Source: Camelus dromedarius (lineage: Eukaryota). Taken from it: DNA of 64,000 nt. The notes under the pieces are model-generated. The model was not told the origin of the DNA, searched no databases, and worked only from the letters and a program-made list of their open reading frames with translations. Position numbers and translations under genes: made by a program. Below, in pieces: positions 24,420 to 35,700 of the stretch; position 1 is the first letter of the stretch, and every line of letters starts with the position of its first letter. The stretch covers positions 116,190,001 through 116,254,000 of the forward strand of contig NC_087437.1 in assembly GCF_036321535.1 (NCBI RefSeq), read 5' to 3'.

Positions 24420-27310
24420 TTGTTTCCCTGTACTAATGTCTTTACAATTAGGTCTGATCTTTCCATAACTTTCTACACTGATTGCTTAGCTCATTAATTT
24501 TGACTTTGCTTTTTTTTCCCTAATGAGTGTGATATATATTCCTATTCAGGTCTATGTATTTCATCTTAAATACTGCTACATGTGTGGGTATGACATTTTT
24601 ATTTTTATTTATTTCTAACAGTCTCCCATTTTGACCTGTTCTATGACCCATGTTTATTAGAAGTGTGTTTTTAAACTTTCAAAATGCTTTAAAACACGTT
24701 TTTAATTAACTTTACATTGTTATTTCCTATTTTTTAAAATACTGTGCCAAAAGAACATTTGCCTCATGATGTAAGTACTTTGATACTTTAAAGATTTGCT
24801 TTGAGGCTTATTAAGAGGTAGTTTTGGCGAGGAGGGTATAGCTCAGAGGTAGAACGCATGCTTAGCATGCAGGAGGTCCGAGGTTCAATCCCCAGTACCG
24901 CCATTAAAATAAATAATTAAATAAATGAACCTAATTATCTCCACCCGCCCCCAAAAAGAGGTCAATTTTTGTGTGTTCCATGGGTGCATAAAACAACGTA
25001 TGTCCTCTAATGATGAGACAGGGGTCCCATAAATGTTCACTGGATCAAGATTGTCAATTTTCTCACTTAAAAGTTCTACACACCTAATAATTTTTTCTAA
25101 CTGATCTGTTTTTCCGAGATAGATGTGCTAAATTTTTCAATTCTTATTGTAGATTTAAAAGTTTAACCTGATCATTTTCTTACTTTTACTGCACTTTATT
25201 TTTAGGCTGCACAGTTAGAAACACAGAACTTCTGAATTTTTATATATTTTTATTGAATTATTGCTCTTTCATGATGTGGTGACTACTTTTATCTCTTTTT
25301 TTTTTTACCTTAAAGCCAATTTTTTTCTGACACTAGTAATATTGATATCAGTTTTCTTCTGTTTTTGTTTCCTTTTAAAAAATTTAAACAACATATAGTT
25401 GGATTTTTAAAAATCCAATCTGAAATTCCCAGTCTTTTAATTAATAAACACAGTCCATTGTAATTAGTCACTAAGAAAATTAATTTGTACCATATCATTC
25501 TGAGTTTACACATACTATATATTTTTGCTTCTTTTCTTCTCCTCTCTTTTTCTTTCCTTTTAGAAATTAAGTTTTTTAAGTTCCCCCTTTTCCAGTCTTT
25601 TGTAAGTTATATAGAGCACTCTGGTCTTTAACTGGTGATACTTAATACTCAGCATACTCGCTTTACCTGAGTGTCATGTTATCGAGGAAATCTCACCCAG
25701 TCTCAGAAACTATACAAACATACGAGTTTGCTTGAAGTCCAATCACCCCCTCTCACCTTCTATGCTATTGTCCTCTATTAATTTAATAGAATGTCATTTC
25801 TGTGTTTTATATTTAGTTGCAACTTTTTTAATGGTCCCTTAATGACTTGGAGTTATATGTGTATTCAGTAAAGTTTGTGATTCTTATTCAAATGGTTTTG
25901 TCTAAATAAAAATGTTGCTATTTCATCCTTACTCCTGAACAATACCTCAGTTGTATATAAAATTCTATATTAGTGTTTTTCCTTCAGCACTTTATATTAT
26001 TTCACTATCTTCTGATCTCTATTTATTGCTTTTGAGAACTCTGCTTTGCACGGGTTGCTGTTCCCTTGTACTTGGTCTGCTTTTCCCTCTGGTGATTTTT
26101 CGTATGTCATCTTTGTTTTAATATTCTGTGGGTTTGCTATAATGTGTCCAGACGTGGATTTAAATTTATATCTTCCTGCTCAGGACTCAGTATACTTCTT
26201 AAATCTGAGTAGCCTGTCTTTGAACAGCTCTGACAAATTCTTAGTAATTATCTCCTCGTGTGTTGTCTCTTCCTCATTTTTCCTATTTTATTTCTGAAGC
26301 ATCTATAAGAAATATGTTAAAGTTATTTACTCTTGCATATTTTCCATCTCCTTTCCTCTCCATGCTGCATTCTTAGTAATTTTCTCACTTCTACCCTTCA
26401 GTTTATCAATCTTCTCCTCAGCCATATCTCTCTTGTTACTTAGCCTAACAACTGAGCTTTTAATTTCAATGACTGTGTTTTATTTCTCAAAGACATAGGT
26501 TATTCTTTTCAATCTGTTTATTCTTTTTCACTACTGTCTCTTTTTAACCTTTGCCTTTAATCATTTTTAATACATTTATTTTATATTCTCTGTTAGATTG
26601 TCTTCGTATATGTCAGGTGCTGAAGCTCTAATTCTGGTTTTTTTTTGTTTTTTTTTTTTTGCCTGTTTACCCCCATGTGGAATGTAGTGTGTGTGTATTT
26701 CTTTTTTAAGAAGGGAATTAACCTTCAAGCTGGTTTGCTTTTTCTCCAGATGGCCTGTGTTATCAGAGTGTTTCTCAAGAGAGGTTTTTATTCCTTGCAC
26801 TGCTAAGAGTCCAAAGAGACTCATTGGTCTGGAACAATTTTTATGCTAAATTCTTAGCTAGAAAATTCCTAGACCAAGTGGGGAGTGCAAATTTGAACCC
26901 TAACTCAGTGACTGGCAAAGGGGTCTTCTACTGGGTTCCTAAGGAGACCCTACATTCACACCCAAGTCCAGGCAGAGAGATGGGCTTCCTTGCTGTAGCT
27001 GAACTAATGGGTAGACAGTTTTCTGTCCAGCTGTTACTATCCTGTCCTAATGTGGCACTCTGCACTCCCACTCTTGCTTTGTCTGGCTCCAAGACCTCAA
27101 TTCCTGCCCCTGTGTGGGCATTGAAAATGTAGGGTCCTATGTTTATAAAACCAAAATCCACTCCACCCCCAGCCGCTGTAGCATCAGGTTGCAGGTTTCT
27201 GGTAACTCTATTGAAAACTCAGCAGTGAATTTTTCTTTTAAATGTTATGCATTATTTCTAAATATTTGTGGCATGAAACTGTCAAGGTTGTGTAGTCTGC
27301 CGCAGTGCTG
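24420..27310 (-). mobile_element. Degraded old L1M fragments
   Basis: Long T-rich stretch with L1-antisense motifs (tataaaattctatattagtgtttttccttcagcacttta; ctataatgtgtccagacgtggattt). Confidence 0.55.
24829..24957 (+). mobile_element. Camelid-type tRNA-derived SINE
   Basis: ggagggtatagctcagaggtagaacgcatgcttagcatgcaggaggtccgaggttcaatccccagtacc (A and B boxes), AT tail and aacctaattatctcc. aagaggt direct repeats flank it. Confidence 0.9.
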
Positions 27311-27609
27311 GCCACAGACACTGACATTTGAAGACCAATGTTTACAACCTGACTTAGGCTTTTATTCAGTCTGATCTCAGAGAATGTTTCCTTAGATTCA
27401 GTATAATAAGAGCTGGAGAGTTAAAACACGGAACATATTCTCTTACAAATACTTCCAAAAATAAAATTAGCATCTCAGGTGTCGGTCTTGTTGTCCTAAA
27501 TGATGAATTATATATTTATGTTTCTTAAATTGTCCACCAATGCTGAGACCTCTAATTCTTTGGAAGCCTTGGGGGCAGAAAGATGGTACTGTGGCTTGCA
27601 GCAGCAAAT

Positions 27610-27639
27610 ACAGTTCCATCAGCACCCAGCAGGTGGCGC
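27610..27639 (+). promoter_or_regulatory. Candidate CTCF site with upstream module
   Basis: CCAGCAGGTGGCGC at 27626-27639 matches the CTCF core. TACAGTTCC 7 nt upstream resembles the TGCAGTTCC upstream motif. Confidence 0.6.
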
Positions 27640-28988
27640 AAATGTAGCCAGGCTCCAAGGAAGGGTCTGAGTGCTCCTTCAGAATAGAAATAAGACGTTA
27701 AGAACCACTTATCATTTAAAGGAGAGTTTTGCTGGAGGGGCTAGAGTTGTGTGACATTTAAGGCAGTCGGGGAAGCTAATGTACATCAATCTGTCTGAGA
27801 CGACACAGGAAAATATTTTATGACAACGCAAGTCTATTTTTTAAATTAACTTCATTCAACACCTTCAAAAGGAGAAAAAAAAGGAAAAAGAAAAAAAGAG
27901 AAAGTGATTCTCCCAACAGCAGGGCAAGAGGACAAAAGGAGAAAAATATCTAAAGAGGGGGAGAGTCTACATTTATGGAACATTCTCACCAAGTGGTTCT
28001 TTGATGGTAAAACATCATTTCTTTTGCTTACCTAGGTTGATTTAAAATGACACCCCTGTACCCCTCCCCCTCAAATACAAAACAAGCAAAAAATAAACCA
28101 TGCTCAGTCAGTTTTGCCCCAGCGTAGACTTTCTTCTTCAGAAAAGGAGCTCCAGGTCCTTCTGAACTGGCAATCTCAATGCTGATGGGGAGAAAATCCA
28201 GATCTTGGACGGCCTAGTGCATCAGGTTGTGGTAAGAAAAAGGTTTGTCTGATTCTTGTCAACTCCGAAGACATAGAAGAAATCCCTCGCGAGACAAGGA
28301 AGTCTACGGAGAAGAGCCGGCTTTCAAATCCACAGCCTTGGGACCTTAATTTAGATGAACCGAAGCTCTCACTCCACCTTGGGCTCCACATGTAGCAGCA
28401 GAGATGCAAACACACAACCTGCACCCACATGTACCCTCTGGGGTGGCCTTCCTTACCTTTTCTGTCCCTCAACACTGGAGTCCAGGATTTCCCAGAGCAA
28501 CAAAGCACAAGCCCATCTGAGTGGTAAGTATTAAAGCAAAGATGGTCCAGAACGTCTTCTCACAGCAGACAGCTCGGTGGTGCGAGGCCACCCGACCTCC
28601 TTCACACATGGCTAAGGTCACCCGGGCTTTTGCGGCTGGAGGCTCAGCATGAGAGACAGGGCAGAACTTCAAGATGAAAAAGCCCAGGGTGGGACTGGGT
28701 CACAAGAAGAGGGAAAGGGGGATGCGAAACATTCAGATCAGGATGTGGATGTAGAGGGAAGGACAGAAAGATGATTTTGATGGTGTCTTACTCTTAGAAT
28801 TGCGTAGCCTGGAAAACAGAAGTGAACATTGGGTGAGGCAAGAAATCACCATGAAACACACACACTGAGAAGCACCAGCTATGCTTCTGGCTGATCTGGG
28901 GCAATGTGGAAAGCGCAGAGTGCAAATCCTCAGCCCAGACCGCCTCCCCCCCAACCCCATCCCGTTGCCCTCTGTGTGTGTTTTGCAG

Positions 28989-29126
28989 GACAAGGAGGCA
29001 CCTTTCATCAGATGGAAGTGCAGTCATGGAAAGACTGTTCTGCCATGGAGGGGAAGCTGGTCAGTGTGAGGCTTCAGTGTTCACCATGCTAAGTGAGTGT
29101 ATGACAGTGAGTATGACTGCTCAGTG
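28989..29126 (+). other. Candidate non-coding/5' exon of an unidentified + strand gene
   Basis: Acceptor tgtgtgttttgcag|G at 28988 and donor GTG|GTAAGT at 29127, in repeat-free sequence. Further donors at 28232 and 28524. Confidence 0.4.
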
Positions 29127-30013
29127 GTAAGTAATGTGTTTGTGAGTGCGTGTCGAACCGAGATGTTTTCCCGTTACGTTCGATGGTGGCTTTCCTCATT
29201 GTTTGTTTGCTGACTGCCTGAACTCTTTGGGAGAGAAAGTGATGCGTTTCCTTGTATGAATGACTGATTTAACGCTCTCTTGTCACATTTGTCACATTTT
29301 TCTCATTTTTTTCCCTAGGACTCACAGTTCTGATTCTGCTCTCCCCTGGGGTTTCAAAATAGTTAACTTTTCTCATTCATTTCCTTTTAGTTTTTGTGTT
29401 AAATAGCAGTAGAATAAATCACAGGCCTTCTTGCTTGACTTGGAAATCAACTTCTGTGTTTTCCAATCAATCACTGGAGTTAGTGTTGAAGTCCTTGAAT
29501 ACAGACTGAGAAGTTCGATGGCTAAGTTACCAAAAAGAATTCAAGTGAAATATTTTTATTTAAACCCTCAGAGAATCCTGCTTCCCTCCCCCCTTACTTT
29601 GTTTGCTTAAGTATGAATAGTATTCCTTCAATTACTAATTCAATATTGGTAAAAGATAAAGGCATTTTTACTTCCTCAAATATTTTCTTATTTAGGAGGA
29701 CTCTCTACGAAATGTGTGGCAGGAAAACTTAGTATTTTATTGGACACTGACTCAATTTGCAATACAAAGTATGGTAGTTAAATAGAGACACGGTGCCAGT
29801 CCTAATCCGTGGAAAGTTATCATTGCACCCAGACCACTTTCCTAACTGGGTTCCCCTTGAGCTCCAGGATATAAGCTGAAAGTAACAAACACAATCTTTT
29901 CTTTAGTTTGATTGTGAATAATCAGGGGCAAGTGTTTAAGCCTCTAGAAATATAAAGCGTTGAAAGGTGAAGTCTTAGTCAATAGCAGAATTACTGCTAT
30001 TCAATACTTTATA

Positions 30014-30250
30014 CAGTGGTTCTTAACCAGGAGCTGTTTTGCCCCCCAAGGGACACATGTCAATGTCCAGAGACAGTTTTGGTGGTTATAACTGGGAGAA
30101 GGGGAGCTCTAGCATCTAGGAACTGGAGGCCAAGGATGCAGCTAAACATTGTGCAACGCATAGGACAGAGAGCCCTACCCCCCGCGACTGCCACACACAC
30201 ACATATGCAACAGCAACAAATGATTTGGCCCAAAATATCAAAAGGGACAA
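30014..30250 (+). mobile_element. MER20 hAT MITE
   Basis: cagtggttcttaaccaggag...tgtccagagacagttttggtggttataactggg...gaggccaaggatgcagctaaacat...ggcccaaaatatcaa. Confidence 0.85.
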
Positions 30251-30334
30251 CAATAATAAATGCTACGATATTAAATGATCTTACTAAAGAGACCAAAACC
30301 TCAGCCCCATGACTGATTTATAAATCTGTTAAGT

Positions 30335-32780
30335 TTTTAACACCTCTACTGAGATATAATTCACACATTTGGAGTATACAATTCAGTGGTGTTTCGTGTT
30401 TGTAGAATTGTAATCACAGTCAATTTGGCAACTTCATTGCCCCCCAAAGAGACGCCACGCCCTTCAGTCATAGTCTCCCCACCCTTCCTCCCACTCCCCA
30501 CCCCATAGTATGAGTTGGGAATTGTTCCCTCCTTTTCTGTCTTTCAGGTGGCTTTTGAATAGTTGGTATTCGTTTTTGTTTAAATGTTTGGTAGATGTGC
30601 TAGGGAAGTTATCTGGCCTGCGCGTCTCTCTTTTTTCCTTTAGTAATTCAGTCTTCTTATTTGTTGTAGATCTATTCAGTTTTGTTTCTTCCTGATCGCT
30701 CGTAGTGGCCGTGTCTTTCTGAGTACTTGTCCATGCCATCTGCACCATCGATATTCAGGTTCTTGCCTTATGACTTTTATTTCTGTGAGGTTGGTGATAA
30801 TGGCCACTCTTTCACTCTTAATTTTAATAATTTGAATATTCTCTCTTTTCTTCCTATCAATCTAGCCAAAATTTTGTCAGTTTTGTTGATCTTTTCGAGG
30901 AGCTAGCTTTTGGTTTAACTAATTTTACATGTTTTTTATAATCTCAATTTTACTAATTTTTGCCCTATCTTCAAAAATTTACTTCCTATGCTAAGTTTAG
31001 CTCTATTTTTCCATTGTATTAGGTGGAAGTTTGGGCTGTTGATTTGAGGTCTTCCATCTTTTTCAGTGTAGATGTTATGGCCATACACTTCCTTACAAGC
31101 ACCGCTTCACCTGTATCCTATACATGTCGGTGTGTTCTGTTTTGTTTTCATTCACCTCAAAGTATTTTCTAATTTTCCTTGTAATTTCTTCTTTGATTCA
31201 TTGGTTTTTGGAGTGTGTTGTTTAACTCCCTCATATTTTTAATTTCCAAAAATTTTTGGAAAGTTTTCTTTTATTATGGATTTCCAATCTCGTTCTGTTG
31301 TGGTTCAGAGAACATGCTTTGCATGATTACAAACCTCTTCAGTTTAGCGAGGCTTGTTTTATGGACTAGCGTGGGGTCTCGCTGGGAGAATGCTCAAGTG
31401 CACTGGGAAGAATGCATATTCTGCTGTTGCTGGGTGCAGTCATCTATAAATATTCGTGAGCTCTTGTTTGCGTACAGTGTTGTTTAATCTTATATTCGCT
31501 TGATTTTTTCCCTAGTTGTTTTACACGTTGTTGAGAGTGGGATATAGAAATCCTCAACTCTTATTGTTGAATTATCTATTTCTTCCTTTAATTCTTTCAG
31601 TTTTTGCTTTGTGTATTTTAGGGCACTGCTGTTAGATGCAAATATGTTTATAATTATTATTTTTTCTTATAGATTGACCTTTTTATCATTATAAAATGTC
31701 CAGTTTATCTCTAGTATCATTTCTTTGGCTTTAAAGTTTATCTTACCTGATAGTGGTAGCTCTCTTATGATTGCTATTTGCATGGCATATCTATTTCCAT
31801 TCTCTTATTTTCAACCTGTTTGTGTCTTTGAATCTAAAGTTTATGTCATGTGGACAGCATATAGTTGAATCATATTTTGTTATCCAGTCTGACAATGGAC
31901 TGCTTAATCTATTCATGCTTCACACTGTTATTGATATGGTTGGATTTGCATCTTCCATGTTGCTTTTTGCTTTCTATCTATGTCATGTCACATTTTGTTC
32001 TTCTGTTCTCCTTTACTACTTTCCTTTGCATTAAATGAATATTTAAAGTGCAGTATTTTAATTCCTTTAATAATTTTTGACTGTATTTTTGAATTACTTC
32101 CTTAGTGGCTTACAGCGAGTTATCTTCTAGGGCCCACAGTATGCATCTTCATCTATCAGAACTGACTTCAGACTTGTGCTAACTTAGTACCAGGGGGATG
32201 TAGAAACTTCACTCTTTCATAGCTCCATGCCCTCCTCCTCCCTTTTCTGCGATATTGCTATACATGTTCTTTCTCTCTCACTCTCTCTCGAGATACAGAT
32301 ACAGATATAGATATGTAAACTCAACAATACATTGCTATAATTATTACTTTATATAATTTTATATCATTTAAAGAAGCTGAGATAAGAAAGGAGAGAAAAT
32401 GTGTATCTAAAGGCTTGTTTATAATAAGCAACAAGGTCCTAATGTTTAGCATAGGGAACTATATTGAGTATCTTCTAATAACTTATAATGATAAAGAATA
32501 TGAAAGGGATCATATATATGTATTTTATATATATATATATATGTACATCAATATGCTGTACACAAGAAACTAACACAACATTGTAAATCAACCACCCTAT
32601 ACATTAAAAAAAAAGACTTGCTTATATGACTCTTCTTATTTTTCACTCCTGGTTTCTTTGTTCCTGTAGATTCAAGTTATCATCTGGTGTCATCTTTTTA
32701 CTCCAACACATCTGTGTTCCCTCCAACCTCCTTTATGCTGCTATTGTCAGATATATTACATTTTTATATTTTTATGTTTA
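30335..32780 (-). mobile_element. Old L1M fragment(s), interrupted by a + strand young L1 tail at about 32424-32612
   Basis: T-rich L1-antisense motifs throughout. The inserted tail is flanked by aaaggcttgtttata / aaagacttgcttata. Confidence 0.75.
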
Positions 32781-35700
32781 TACATTTATATATAAATATA
32801 AGTTATACTTTGAATAAAAGTTCTATGCAATATAGTAATGTGATTAGTTACTGCAGCCCTGGGTTCCTTGTAGACCAAACAGAAACACTCAGATGAAACA
32901 ACCTTTTTCTAGCAGGACGTAACAATGACAGTTAAGGGACTGACTTGGTGATCTGTTTGAGGGACTGACCAAGGCTGGGTCCAAAGATCCTCCCCAGTTT
33001 ATTAAAGGCAGCTTCACAACTGGGAGCCCTTTCTGAACAGAACAATGAGGCCCTGAAACTCTCACAACCTCCTCAGTGTCTGGTGTCCCTCTGTCTGTAA
33101 AGACCCCGTGTGAGTGCTGGCGTTGGCGCTGCTACAGGGCTCCTTTCTACCTGCGTAAACCCTCCAATAAATGTAAGTGTACGCATGAAGACATCTGCTA
33201 TTTTGAGAATCTGAAAAATGAGTACTTGCTTTTTACAACATGTTGTATTTCTGAATTTTAAAGCTTGTTCAGCATCCTGAGTCAGACAAGGCTAAAACAA
33301 AATGAAACGCAAGCCTGGCAACAGAGGTGCTTTCTGACTCATGAGTAAGCCATCCAGGTAGAGGCCACACCCGTCAGACGGGTTCGGTGTGCTGCCAGAT
33401 CACCTTCTCCGTGCTCAAACAGCGCCTGATGTCCAGACACCCACAGAGGTGGCTTCCTGCCAAAATCAGGAAATGCTAGGATTTCAGCTGAGGTCTTAAC
33501 TTTTGAGAGAAATCAGTATAGTTCATGAACAGTTTTAATAGGTTTTTGGACACAGAAACTCGTCTTTGGAGCCTTTCTTAAAGCATGTAAGACATTTCTT
33601 CCCTTTTCTTTTTACCTCTGTTTGTTGGAAAATCTTTCAAACACACTGCTTCAGGTTTTGACGTAAACTCTTCTTTTTGCTCAAAAAGCTGAGTTAGAAT
33701 CTGAGCTTTACTTCCCCCAGAAAAAAAGGTGTAGACACCCCCATTGCCACCCCAGGGGGTGCTGAGATGGGAGCCTAGTGAGGCCAGCTTGTCCTTATTT
33801 CCTGTGGCTGCACTTTTACTCTGTCAACAATACACGTGTTTAGCATTTTGTCTGAAATTGGACCACCAAAAATACTAAGGTGTTGAGTTCTTAGAACTGT
33901 CTTAAAAAACTCCTTAAAGCCATCAGTGTCTATCGGATGGCGAAGCTTTCTGAAAGTTAATTTTTAACTTTAACGGACAACAAAGAGAAACGTGAAGATA
34001 AAACACACTTTTGATCTGTTTTGACATCTTCAATGACCTCCAATCAGACATGGTTTTCTCTAGAATACACAAGTCGTTTTTCTAAAGACAGATGATTTAG
34101 ATTGTGCTAATATTTCAGCTCTGCAATCTTATTGTTATTTCCTTTTGACCATAAACTTTTAATTCATTCATTTCTTTAAAAAGTAAGTACTGTGTTGTTT
34201 CCTCCCAGCACTGACATGGAAAGGCCACACCAGCAGGAGGCTGCTGCCAGCTCCCTCCCCTTTCTGCATTATCACCAGGTCAGGTTGGGACGCTTTGTGT
34301 GGTCCACTGAGGGCAGTGACGGTGGGTCTGGCTCTGCTCAGCCTCCTGTTCCAGACTCACATGATGTCCTTTATCACTTGCACTGGCGCCTTGTGCCCAT
34401 TTACAAAAATACAGGCAAACCTAAAGTTTTGTACAGATTTAATGTTAATAAATCAAATTCTAATTGATTGACGTCTTCTAGTATCAGAAGTCTGTTGTCA
34501 TTCTCTTTATGACTTCTTAGCATTCCTGAGTCAACGTCCTCCACCAGGGTTAAGAGAAGGAAAATGAGGCTTCTCGTCTCTGCATACCTCACACATCACC
34601 AGTGGAGGGCTTGGTCCTCAATAAACAGGCCCTTTTCTTCCTGACACTTTGGTTCTTTCAGACCCATTAACAGCATGAGAGAGAGATTGGGTAGCTTCCC
34701 AAACAAAATGCTTGGTTCTGACCCTCTCTCCACATTCTACTGCAGACCAATTTCCAGTTCGTTTTCCAGCTATGAAGACAGGCTCTCTCTGTGAGTTTGC
34801 TCAGCCCCTAAGTGAGTTCAGCCCAGAAAGCGTCTAGTTGCAGGACTCCCTCTGAGAAGGGCTTCGTCCCAGGTGTAGTGCAAATATTATAATAGTTGCC
34901 TGTTCACGTCACAGGAAAAGTATTGATGTACACATATGAGGGCGAGACAATTCAGTCATAGCTCTGTGTTTGGAGCTATTGAGGCTGATTTCCATGACTC
35001 GAGAGGCCCAGAAGCAGGCAGTCTGCGGATGGGAGGGTAGCTCGCAATGGCACCAGGGACCTGGGTTCCCTCTTTCTTTCTACTGTTCACTCTTAGCACG
35101 GGGTTGTTCCTCCATGTTACAAGAGGGCTGGCTGGAATACTTCCAGCAGGAAGAAGAGGAAGGGCGACGGGTGAAGGTGACACAGCCGTTAAGTAAACTC
35201 CCGAAAAGAGGTTCTCCCGAGGCGGGACGGGCGCTCTCACCCAAAATGTGGTTTGGAGGCCGACACTGACGGTGCCACACAGGCACCCCGCCCCCGAAGG
35301 TGCAGAAATGTTTCTCACTCACATAACGAGGTTTTATAAAGTGAGCAGAGCAGGCTCCTGAGATGATCCAAATTTGGCTTAAGACAACAGGGAAAGGAGA
35401 CAGCCCTGCCCTCCCTGAGGGCAGAGGGTGATGATGGGTGAGGGCTCCTGGGTGTTAGTAGGGCTTTTGGGGTTTGAACTTCCCACCGATGCCAAAGGAG
35501 AGAGGGAATCGCGGGCGCTTCCTGGAGGTGGGACAGAAAGGGGGAGGGGATGGTGGGGCTTGGAAGCAGTCAGACATCAAAAATGGAGCCGGACTCTTTA
35601 TTCCATCATCTCAGCCTTCTTCTGCTTCTATCTGATGGCTGAGGAATGTGGTATTTTGAGCTGCTTTACTGGAGGACTGGCCGTTAGTGCAGAGGGAGTT

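Noticed and set aside
24829..24905. tRNA-like sequence with A/B boxes (also at 12.8 and 41.3 kb)
   Set aside because: Followed by a SINE-specific tail and flanked by TSDs; SINE head, not a tRNA gene.
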